NCBI GenBank assembly: GCA_017409845.1
Contig: JAFQRY010000009.1
Coordinates: 45,715 to 77,714, forward strand
Reading direction: 5' to 3'
From: Clostridia bacterium
GTDB taxonomy: Bacteria > Bacillota > Clostridia > Oscillospirales > Acutalibacteraceae
DNA length: 32,000 bases
Below, one piece after another: positions 17,254-23,953 of the stretch. Within the stretch, counting starts at the first letter, position 1; the number at the start of each line of letters is the position of its first letter. The position numbers and the translations under genes are program-made. The notes below the pieces were generated by a model. That model was not told where the DNA came from and ran no database searches. It was given only the letters and a program-made list of their open reading frames with translations.

Positions 17254-17282
17254 GTAGGGGCGATTCACGAATCGCCCGAATG
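17254..17282 (+). repeat. REP-like palindromic element with a GTAG head, copy 2 (direct repeat of copy 1, 41 bp apart)
   Basis: GTAGGGGCGATTcacGAATCGCCCgaatg. The stem sequence differs from copy 1 but pairing is preserved. Confidence 0.6.
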
Positions 17283-17346
17283 CTTACGCATTCATCAATC
17301 CTCAGTCTCACTACGCTCGACAGCTCCTTTTCAAAGGAGCCAAGGG

Positions 17347-17400
17347 GCAAGCAATATTATATAAAAACCGGAGCGAAGTGACCCTTAATTACGCATTAAC
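17347..17400 (-). repeat. Interspersed repeat family R2, inverted copy
   Basis: The reverse complement gttaatgcgtaattaagggtcacttcgctccggtttttatataatattgcttg aligns with 22422-22473 (tcgtaatgagtaattaagggtcgctttgctctgattttttataataatgcttg). Confidence 0.55.
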
Positions 17401-17430
17401 TTTGCTTGTTTGCTGATAAAAGTTCGGTTT

Positions 17431-17464
17431 AAAAAGCACCGAAGCCGAAACTCCGGTGCTTTTG
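17431..17464 (-). terminator. Rho-independent terminator of the lipoprotein gene
   Basis: Minus strand AAAAGCACCGGAGtttcggCTTCGGTGCTTTTT, 9 nt after the stop. Confidence 0.8.
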
Positions 17465-17472
17465 ATGCTTAA

Positions 17473-18126
17473 TTAACCGAGAATGATTTCTTCGCCTTCG
17501 CCGGGCATTGCTGCGGGTGTGTCCATGCCGTCTTCAGCGGGGAATTCTTCACCGTAGGGAATTTCTTCCTGAACCTCGCCTGCCTTGGTGAGAGGAGCAC
17601 TTGCAGCACCGTTTGCAACAATGTTGAATGCATTATAAACATCGTCAACAATATTTTCTGCAGCCATGACCATCATAATTGTGTTGCCGCAGTTTGTAAC
17701 AAGAACCTTTTCAGCTGCAACGCAGATCCACTTTCTGTAGTTGACGCCTTCAAGGATTTCGTTTTTGAGTGCCTCAACATCTGCACCCTCTTTAGCTTTT
17801 ACAAGGCACATTGAGTATGCGATCGAACCGATCATGGGCTCTGAGTAAACAGCTCTTTCGATTGAGTCTGTTGAGGAAACGCCGATGAATGAGCCTGCAA
17901 CTTCAATGTCTGCAAGGTCGATTTCCATGGGATCCATGAGCATCATTTCGAGGGTTGTTGCGTTTGAATAAATCTGAGCTGTGATTTCTTCGAGAGTGCC
18001 TGTGAGCTCAACTGCGGGAGCCTGAGTTATTGTTTCTCCCGAATCGGGAGTTTCACCGTTGCCGCCGCATGCTGCGAAAGCAAACACCATTGAAAGTGCA
18101 AGCAAAATACAAATAATCTTCTTCAT
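17473..18126 (-). CDS. Secreted lipoprotein (DUF4358-like, function unknown)
   Basis: 217 aa. Signal peptide with lipobox MKKIICILLALSMVFAFAAC-GG. The DUF4358 assignment is from memory of the family pattern and is tentative. Confidence 0.7.
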   Translation of the reverse strand: MKKIICILLALSMVFAFAACGGNGETPDSGETITQAPAVELTGTLEEITAQIYSNATTLEMMLMDPMEIDLADIEVAGSFIGVSSTDSIERAVYSEPMIGSIAYSMCLVKAKEGADVEALKNEILEGVNYRKWICVAAEKVLVTNCGNTIMMVMAAENIVDDVYNAFNIVANGAASAPLTKAGEVQEEIPYGEEFPAEDGMDTPAAMPGEGEEIILG

Positions 18127-18168
18127 TTGATTAATCTCCTTTATATTTTATTTTTGCCATACTATGCG

Positions 18169-18197
18169 ATTATATCAGCAAAAAGATTTTTTGGCAA
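18169..18197 (-). promoter_or_regulatory. Sigma-A-type promoter for the lipoprotein gene
   Basis: Minus strand TTGCCA (18197-18192), 17 nt spacer, TATAAT (18174-18169). Confidence 0.55.
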
Positions 18198-18241
18198 GTG
18201 ATTTATATTAATTATCGGTTAAATATATGTGAATGACTGAA

Positions 18242-19252
18242 TCAAAGCTCAATTTTAACAAAGGCAACATTGAGTCTTTCGTATGTATAAGCAATGTAAA
18301 GGGATCCGTTGCGGTATTCTATTGCGGGATAGGAAAATTCGCTGTCAATTTTTTCTTCTTCAAGAACGAGTGCGGTTTCCCATGTGATACCGTTGTCGGT
18401 TGATTTCTGAAGCGTGAGCGGAGAGCGCTCGCCCCAGTTTTCGCCGACGGGATTTGAAAGAAGCCAGAGTGCACCGTCGGGAGTTCTGACAACATCAAGA
18501 CCGCTGTTGTTGTTGAGAAGGCTCGTTTCATATGCCTGACACCAGGTTTCGCCGTAATCCTCGGAGTCGCTTCTGTATGCCTTGCCCACGGCTGTTCTTG
18601 TGAGCATGTGAACCTTGCCGGGTGCGGACTCCCAGAGAGTGGGCTGAATCATGGGAATGAGGTTTGATGTGTAATGATTAAGACTGTTGAGGATGGGTGC
18701 GGTCTGCTCGGTTTTGATTTTTGCACCCTTTTTCCAGGTCAGACCGTCATCAAAGGAGGTGTCAACAAAGCAGTTCCAGCCTCTGTTTTCGCTCGATGCG
18801 GGAGCAAGAATTCTGCCGTCGGAGAGACGGATACACTTATTTTTAACGGGACCTCTGCCGCCGCTTCTGTCGCCTGCAACAAGCTCACGGGGAGAGTCAA
18901 AGCTTCTTCCGTTATCCTTTGAAACACAGAAGAAGGTACGCCATAAAGAAATTCCCTTTCCTACCTTGAAATAGAGAACAACCTCTCCGTTTTCACGAAG
19001 AAAAAGAACGGGATTCCAGTGGGGGATGCGGCTGTTATAGGTTATTGCTTCGGGCTTGCTCCAGCCGTTTTCATCTCTGCGTGCATACCAGATGTCAACA
19101 TCCTTTTTTCCCTCCTTTGTGCCTCCGAACCAGGCAGAAATAACGCTGCCGTCGGGCAGAGGAAGAACAGTTGATGCGTGGCAGTTTGCGGTGGGAAGAG
19201 GATTGCATACAAATTCTTTTATAATTTTCATATCGTTCACCTTATAATTCAA
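18242..19252 (-). CDS. BNR/Asp-box repeat protein, sialidase (GH33)-like beta-propeller, no signal peptide
   Basis: 336 aa with four Asp-box motifs: SKDNGRSF, SFDDGLTW, SEDYGETW, STDNGITW. Confidence 0.75.
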   Translation of the reverse strand: MNYKVNDMKIIKEFVCNPLPTANCHASTVLPLPDGSVISAWFGGTKEGKKDVDIWYARRDENGWSKPEAITYNSRIPHWNPVLFLRENGEVVLYFKVGKGISLWRTFFCVSKDNGRSFDSPRELVAGDRSGGRGPVKNKCIRLSDGRILAPASSENRGWNCFVDTSFDDGLTWKKGAKIKTEQTAPILNSLNHYTSNLIPMIQPTLWESAPGKVHMLTRTAVGKAYRSDSEDYGETWCQAYETSLLNNNSGLDVVRTPDGALWLLSNPVGENWGERSPLTLQKSTDNGITWETALVLEEEKIDSEFSYPAIEYRNGSLYIAYTYERLNVAFVKIEL

Positions 19253-19460
19253 ATTCTGAGGGATCGGCTTTTTCTATCATAAGCGGTTTTTTAGGTCTGC
19301 GCTTGAGCGGGTCATAGGAATATTTCATGCATTTTCCGTCGGTGGCAACAATTCCTTTTTTTATGCAGAGAACAGACTGCTCATCGGGAGAAAGCCTGCC
19401 GTGAACGCAATGCTCACACATCGGCGGATATTTTTTCTTTTCAAAAAGCTTTTTTCTCAT
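19242..19460 (-). CDS. Small basic four-cysteine protein (possible zinc ribbon), function unknown
   Basis: 72 aa, MRKKLFEKKKYPPMCEHCVHGRLSPDEQSVLCIKKGIVATDGKCMKY.... GGAAAGG RBS. The 3' end overlaps the BNR gene start by 11 nt. Confidence 0.5.
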   Translation of the reverse strand: MRKKLFEKKKYPPMCEHCVHGRLSPDEQSVLCIKKGIVATDGKCMKYSYDPLKRRPKKPLMIEKADPSEFEL

Positions 19461-19478
19461 CTTTCAACAACCTTTCCT

Positions 19479-19757
19479 TAGAGTGGCGAGAGTGATCCGA
19501 ACTATGTTTTTTATCGGATGATTTCTGCCTTCTCGTCGTTAAAATACTCGCAAATCCGTCAAGGATTTGCTCCGTTTTGTGCCTTGATAAGCCAAAAATC
19601 CTCTCGATAAAAAATCTTCGACCTGAAAGCGAAGGATTTTAAAATGGTTTTTGGCGGTTGAGGGTGCAGGAAGGCTGACGCCTTTCAATCCCGAAACGCC
19701 AAAAAGCGTTGAAAAGACTCGCTTTAAGGCATAGTTCGGATTGCTCCCGTCACTCTA
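19479..19757 (+). repeat. About 279-bp TIR-bounded structured repeat (MITE-like), copy D
   Basis: Ends tAGAGTGGCGAGAGTGATCCGAACTATG ... CATAGTTCGGATTGCTCCCGTCACTCTa form imperfect terminal inverted repeats of about 27 bp. The whole element aligns with the reverse complement of 24856-25133. No ORF. Confidence 0.7.
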
Positions 19758-19762
19758 AAATA

Positions 19763-20809
19763 TTAGCATAGTTTTTTGCTATTATCAAGGTCTAATATCA
19801 GAAGAACGCAAAGAAACATCAGCGAAATTGCTGCGGGAGCGGAGAAGGACCACAGCTGAATGTTTTCCGAAACCGAAATCATAACCTGCTTTTCAACGGG
19901 ATGAATGCAAAGAATCAGTCGGCAAACAACAAAAGCCAGAGCAGAATGCAGAAGTCTGAAAAGAAAAAAAGAGGAAATGCGGATTCCGATATCCTTTGCC
20001 AGAGAAAAAATCTGCAGGTGAACGCATAATCCGCCGAAGGCACACACGGCGGCTATAGCGGGCAGTGAAACCTTACCCGTTGCCGAGGCACAGCCGCTTG
20101 TGACTTCGAGAATGCATGCGGCGGCAAGCGAAGCATGATTATTTCCGATAATTCTGCTCATAACCGAGCTTATTCCCGAAAAAAAGCACACAAAGCCGCA
20201 GCAGCTCAGCATTGCGGAGGCTGAAGATTGAACGCTGCCGACCAGAGCGGAGGAAAAGCTTATACTTACGGTCTTTGATTTTATCCGTTTTTCTTCGCTG
20301 TCATGCAAAAAACGGGTGAAGCAGCCTGTGAGTACCGAAGAAACACAAACGGAAAGAAGCAGAATTTTTCCTGCTTCCCTTGATCCCAGAAGAGCATTGC
20401 CTACGGCGTTAACGGAAAATCCGACTCCCGGACTGATGCAGAAAAGAATTAGCCTGCGTGCCTGAGAGCGGCTGATTGTTCCCGATTCATAAAGCGATTT
20501 TGCGGCAGAGACTCCAGAAAGATATCCGCCGAGCTGGCTGAGAATTATTGCGGGAAGACAGCTGCCGTCAAGGCCGAAAAGCCGTTTTGTCAGCGGCAGG
20601 GAGAGCTTTTGAATTTTGTGTGGAAGCCTTCCCGACCCAGCAAGAGAGGATGCCGCAAGAAACGGAAAAAGTGACGGAATAACAACTTCCGCACAGTTTG
20701 AAAGTCCTGCGGAAAAGCCTGAGGAAAATTCCTCCGAAAACAGAAAAATCAGAACGAAAAATGCAATTCCCGATAAAAAAATAAAAACTCTGTTTCTCAT
20801 AGTCTGCAC
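19763..20809 (-). CDS. ylbJ: YlbJ-like sporulation integral membrane protein (nucleoside-recognition/Gate domain family)
   Basis: 348 aa polytopic protein. AGLSNCAEVVIPSLFPFLAASSLA and GGYLSGVSAAKSLYESGTISRSQARRLILFCISPG align by eye with B. subtilis YlbJ (EGLSMWWEVVFPSLLPFFILSELL; SGNPAGAKLTARLRQENKISRVEAERLASFTNSSNP). Confidence 0.65.
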   Translation of the reverse strand: MQTMRNRVFIFLSGIAFFVLIFLFSEEFSSGFSAGLSNCAEVVIPSLFPFLAASSLAGSGRLPHKIQKLSLPLTKRLFGLDGSCLPAIILSQLGGYLSGVSAAKSLYESGTISRSQARRLILFCISPGVGFSVNAVGNALLGSREAGKILLLSVCVSSVLTGCFTRFLHDSEEKRIKSKTVSISFSSALVGSVQSSASAMLSCCGFVCFFSGISSVMSRIIGNNHASLAAACILEVTSGCASATGKVSLPAIAAVCAFGGLCVHLQIFSLAKDIGIRISSFFLFRLLHSALAFVVCRLILCIHPVEKQVMISVSENIQLWSFSAPAAISLMFLCVLLILDLDNSKKLC

Positions 20810-20873
20810 CTCGGTTAATTCTATGTATTTTTGAACGGGTCAATTCATAGAATTCTAAAAAGGGGAGTGCGTT

Positions 20874-21170
20874 ATGAAAAACAGAAAGAGAAACGGCACA
20901 AGAGCCGAAAGCATAATTGATTCGATAACCGGCATCCTTGATTTGCCTCAGGATGCAGTGTCAGGCTATGCACATATCGAAATAAGCGGCAACCGCGAAG
21001 CGATAATCGAAGGCTGTCAGGGTGTGCTTGAATATAACGATAATCTGATCGCCCTCAATACGGGCAGACTTACCGTGAGAATCTGCGGCTGCGGGCTGAC
21101 AATAATATCAATGCAGAACGGTCAGGCGATAATAAGGGGCACGATAACGGGCGTGGATTATTGCAATTAG
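20874..21170 (+). CDS. yqfC: Sporulation protein YqfC
   Basis: 98 aa. ITGILDLPQDAVSGYAHIEISGNREAIIEGCQGVLEYNDNLIALNTGRLTVRICG...IRGTITGVDY matches the YqfC family pattern. Followed by yqfD. Confidence 0.85.
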   Translation: MKNRKRNGTRAESIIDSITGILDLPQDAVSGYAHIEISGNREAIIEGCQGVLEYNDNLIALNTGRLTVRICGCGLTIISMQNGQAIIRGTITGVDYCN

Positions 21171-21179
21171 GAGATTATT

Positions 21180-22355
21180 ATGCTTGTTCTGAAATTTCTG
21201 AGATTTCTTTCGGGATATGTCAGCCTGATTGCTGAAGGCGGTTTTCCCGAAAGGTTTATCAACCTCTGCAGGCTCAGGGGAATTCTTCTGTGGGAGTTGC
21301 GATGCAAAGACGGAGTTATCACCGCCTGCATGGGAAGAAAGGATTATCTTAAAATCAGACCCGTCGCCAAAAAATCGGGAATGAGGGTCAGAATAAAGAA
21401 AAAGAGCGGTCTGCCTTTCTTTCTTGACCGTCACAGCAGAAGAATAGGGGTTGTTATCGGCATATGCTTTTGCGTTGCGTCGCTCAGCATTCTTTCAACA
21501 AGAATCTGGAGCATTGATGTGAGCGGCAACATCTGCGTACCGAGCGAAGAAATACTTGAAGTCTTTGAAGAGCTCGGAGTCAGAAAAGGTGCGGCAGCAG
21601 ATAAAATCAACATTTCTGCCGTTGAAAATTCCGCTCTGATAAAATTGAGCGACATTGCGTGGCTCAATGTCAATATCAGCGGAAGTGCGGCAATGATTGA
21701 GGTGCGTGAGAGAGGTGCTGCCGATGAAAAAGACGAAGACGATACTCCCTCGGATATCGTGGCTGCCCGTGACGGCCAGATTGTTATTCTCCGCCCGTTC
21801 AACGGCACTCAGGAGCAGAAAATCGGAAATCCCGTGCTTAAAGGTGACCTGCTTATAAGCGGAATTGAAGAAAACAAGGATCTGACGGTCAGCTTCTGCA
21901 GGGCGAAGGGTTATGTTGCGGCAAGAACAAACCGAAAAATCGGCGTGTCGAGGAGCAGGGAAATCAAGGCGGAAATGCCTGTCGGCACAAAGAAAAGCTA
22001 TATTGTTGATTTCCTTGATTTTTCAATACCGCTCGGAAAAATATCCGATGCCGCATACAGAGAAAAAAGGCAGCTGCGGATTAACGGAGTTACCCTGCCG
22101 TTCGGCTTTACGGAATGCACCGAAACCCGATATGCGGAAAAAACGCTCAGACTCACACAAGAGCAGGCAAAAATGCTTGCCATGCTCGAATTTTATGAGA
22201 AATGCACGGAGGAATTCCGCGGACTCAAGGTAGAAAAGCACGAAATATCGTTTGCACAGGATGAAAAGGGCTGTTCGGTCGGCGGAAATTTTGTTTGCAT
22301 CGAAAATATCGGTGAAGAAAGAAAAATGCAGATAGAGGAAACCCTTTTTAAATGA
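21180..22355 (+). CDS. yqfD: Sporulation protein YqfD (stage IV-type)
   Basis: 391 aa. N-terminus LSGYVSLIAEGGFPERFINLCRLRGILLWEL, a single TM, and C-terminal domain as in YqfD. Confidence 0.85.
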   Translation: MLVLKFLRFLSGYVSLIAEGGFPERFINLCRLRGILLWELRCKDGVITACMGRKDYLKIRPVAKKSGMRVRIKKKSGLPFFLDRHSRRIGVVIGICFCVASLSILSTRIWSIDVSGNICVPSEEILEVFEELGVRKGAAADKINISAVENSALIKLSDIAWLNVNISGSAAMIEVRERGAADEKDEDDTPSDIVAARDGQIVILRPFNGTQEQKIGNPVLKGDLLISGIEENKDLTVSFCRAKGYVAARTNRKIGVSRSREIKAEMPVGTKKSYIVDFLDFSIPLGKISDAAYREKRQLRINGVTLPFGFTECTETRYAEKTLRLTQEQAKMLAMLEFYEKCTEEFRGLKVEKHEISFAQDEKGCSVGGNFVCIENIGEERKMQIEETLFK

Positions 22356-22408
22356 AAAATTAATAATGAATAATGAATAATTAAGGAAGGGCTACGCCCT
22401 TGCCCGAT
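22353..22408 (+). repeat. Interspersed repeat family R1, copy b (overlaps the yqfD stop codon)
   Basis: tgaaaaattaataatgaataatgaataattaaggAAGGGCtacGCCCTTgcccgatt. See copy a at 6921-6983. Confidence 0.6.
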
Positions 22409-22421
22409 TACATAATAAAAT

Positions 22422-22473
22422 TCGTAATGAGTAATTAAGGGTCGCTTTGCTCTGATTTTTTATAATAATGCTT
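22422..22473 (+). repeat. Interspersed repeat family R2, direct copy
   Basis: tcgtaatgagtaattaagggtcgctttgctctgattttttataataatgcttg. See the inverted copy at 17347-17400. Confidence 0.55.
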
Positions 22474-22544
22474 GATTACTGCGACCCGTCGCACCGTCAG
22501 ATTCGGAAAGAAAAAATATTGAACAAATGATAAATATTTTGTGC

Positions 22545-22575
22545 GTAGGGCGGGGGCTTGCTCCCGCCGTTTTTT
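22545..22575 (+). terminator. GTAG-headed REP-like hairpin with a T-run, probable terminator of yqfC-yqfD
   Basis: GTAGGGCGGGGGcttgCTCCCGCCgTTTTTT. Confidence 0.6.
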
Positions 22576-22579
22576 ATTG

Positions 22580-22629
22580 TTGACAATATCGAATATCGAT
22601 AATATAATATATATGTCGATATTCGATAT
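22580..22629 (+). promoter_or_regulatory. padR promoter embraced by a perfect 14-bp inverted repeat (candidate PadR operator)
   Basis: TTGACA (22580-22585), 17 nt spacer, TATAAT (22603-22608). ATATCGAATATCGA (22586-22599) and its exact reverse complement TCGATATTCGATAT (22616-22629) flank the -10 box. Confidence 0.7.
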
Positions 22630-22644
22630 AAGGGCGGTGTTGTT

Positions 22645-22953
22645 TTGCCAAGATTAAAATTTCAAACATTGACCGAGCAGATGTTTTATATTTTGTTGTG
22701 TCTTAAAGAGGAGTGTTGCGGAATTGATATTATGGATAAAGTTTCGCAGATGACAGACGGCAGAGTAAAAGTTGGCTCGGGTACACTTTATAATCTGCTT
22801 GAACAGTTTTTGGGTTCAGGGATTATTATTCAGACAAAAGCAGAGGGTAGACGACGCAATTATGTTTTGTCGGAAAAAGGAAAAGTTGTGCTCAGATGCG
22901 AATATGAGCGTCTATGCACTCAGGCAGAGGATTACCGAAAAATGTTTTTGTGA
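22645..22953 (+). CDS. PadR-family transcriptional regulator
   Basis: 102 aa, TTG start. LTEQMFYILLCLKEECCGIDIMDKVSQMTDGRVKVGSGTLYNLLEQFLGSGIIIQ is a winged-helix PadR pattern. Confidence 0.85.
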   Translation: MPRLKFQTLTEQMFYILLCLKEECCGIDIMDKVSQMTDGRVKVGSGTLYNLLEQFLGSGIIIQTKAEGRRRNYVLSEKGKVVLRCEYERLCTQAEDYRKMFL

Positions 22954-22967
22954 AAGGGGTTAAAGTT

Positions 22968-23831
22968 ATGTCTAAAGAAAAAAGCTTTAAGACTTTTCGT
23001 GAAGATTTTGCTTATTATGACCGTACGGGCATGCAGGAATTTTTAGAGCAAAAAGCTTCTGAAGGATGGAAACTTGTCAAAAAGCAATTTCCGGCTGAAT
23101 GGGAATTTATACGAGTTGAACCACAAAACCTTCACTATGCGATAACTTATTTGCCGCAGATTTCAAACGAGGACAGTTTTTTGCTTTCAGAAAATAAAAA
23201 AGAATATCTTGAACTTTGTGCGGCATCGGGTTGGCAATTTGTTTGTGCATATAAGAATATGGTTATCTTTCTGAATGAGAAAGAAAACCCGTTGCCTCTT
23301 GAAACCGATCCTGAGGTTGAACTGGCATCAATCCATAAATCCGTTTTAAAACACAGCCTGCCCAAAACGATTTTAGCTTTCGCTTTATTTACCACAATGT
23401 TTTTTTATCTGTCGTTTTCTGATACGGTTTCAAAAGGCAATGAAATTTTGTTGGCTGTTTTTGCTGTTCTTTCAATTTATACTGTTATGGATTTTTGCGG
23501 TTACCTTCGCTGGCACAAAAAAGCAATCGCAGCAGCGGCAACAGGTGAATTCAGCAGAACAAACACTACTGATAAGCTTCTTTCTTCTTTGTTTGCAGCT
23601 GTTGTTATTCTGATCACGGCAGTTGTTATTGTTAAATCAATCGTGACAAACAATTGGGTAACACTTATAGTGATGGCTCTTATTGTTGTTGCGATGGTTT
23701 TAGATGGATTTTTAAACAAGCTGAAAAATAAAATCGAGTGTGGTTGGGAAAAGAATTTGTTTAAGTTTGTTTCGGTTCTGATTTATCTTGCGGCGATAGC
23801 GTGCGGAAATTATATTTTTGATTTGTTCTGA
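22968..23831 (+). CDS. DUF2812-like membrane protein (usual partner of PadR regulators)
   Basis: Start moved to ATG 22968, after AAAGGGG. N-terminal YYDRTGMQEFLEQKASEGWKL is followed by several TM helices. The PadR-DUF2812 pairing is a common arrangement. Confidence 0.7.
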   Translation: MSKEKSFKTFREDFAYYDRTGMQEFLEQKASEGWKLVKKQFPAEWEFIRVEPQNLHYAITYLPQISNEDSFLLSENKKEYLELCAASGWQFVCAYKNMVIFLNEKENPLPLETDPEVELASIHKSVLKHSLPKTILAFALFTTMFFYLSFSDTVSKGNEILLAVFAVLSIYTVMDFCGYLRWHKKAIAAAATGEFSRTNTTDKLLSSLFAAVVILITAVVIVKSIVTNNWVTLIVMALIVVAMVLDGFLNKLKNKIECGWEKNLFKFVSVLIYLAAIACGNYIFDLF

Positions 23832-23922
23832 TATTAAAACTGAAGATAAAAAATATAAACCTCCTTGTAAAACGGTGTTACCAGATACAAGGAGGTCATC
23901 TATATACTTTAAGAAACTATGC

Positions 23923-23953
23923 AAAAAAACGGCGGCTTGAATTAAGCCGCCGT
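23923..23953. terminator. Bidirectional terminator hairpin
   Basis: aaaaaaACGGCGGCTTgaattAAGCCGCCGT, abutting the stop of the XRE gene at 23953. Confidence 0.7.

Noticed and set aside
16900-17268. 122-aa minus-strand ORF spanning the MBOAT 5' end and the intergenic gap
   Set aside because: It overlaps the MBOAT coding start in another frame and reads through the two GTAG hairpin repeats, so it is a repeat-derived artefact.
19479-19757. TA target-site duplication and strand-specific G-U pairing in the repeat's terminal stems
   Set aside because: TA flanks both ends of copy D but only one end of copy E. The wobble-compatible mismatches fall on different strands in the two copies. Neither a Tc1/IS630-type origin nor a transcribed-strand preference can be claimed.
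20821-20853. SigE-type sporulation promoter upstream of yqfC (CATAGAAT at 20846-20853, with ATGTATT upstream)
   Set aside because: The resemblance to the CATACA-T -10 element is loose, the spacing to the -35-like element is uncertain, and it would leave almost no leader before the RBS. It cannot be supported from sequence alone.
23860-23895. 10-bp stem hairpin CCTCCTTGTA...TACAAGGAGG after the DUF2812 gene
   Set aside because: I considered it as a terminator or anti-SD structure. It has a 16-nt loop and no following U-tract, and a proper terminator lies 30 nt further on (23923-23953). Its function is undetermined.
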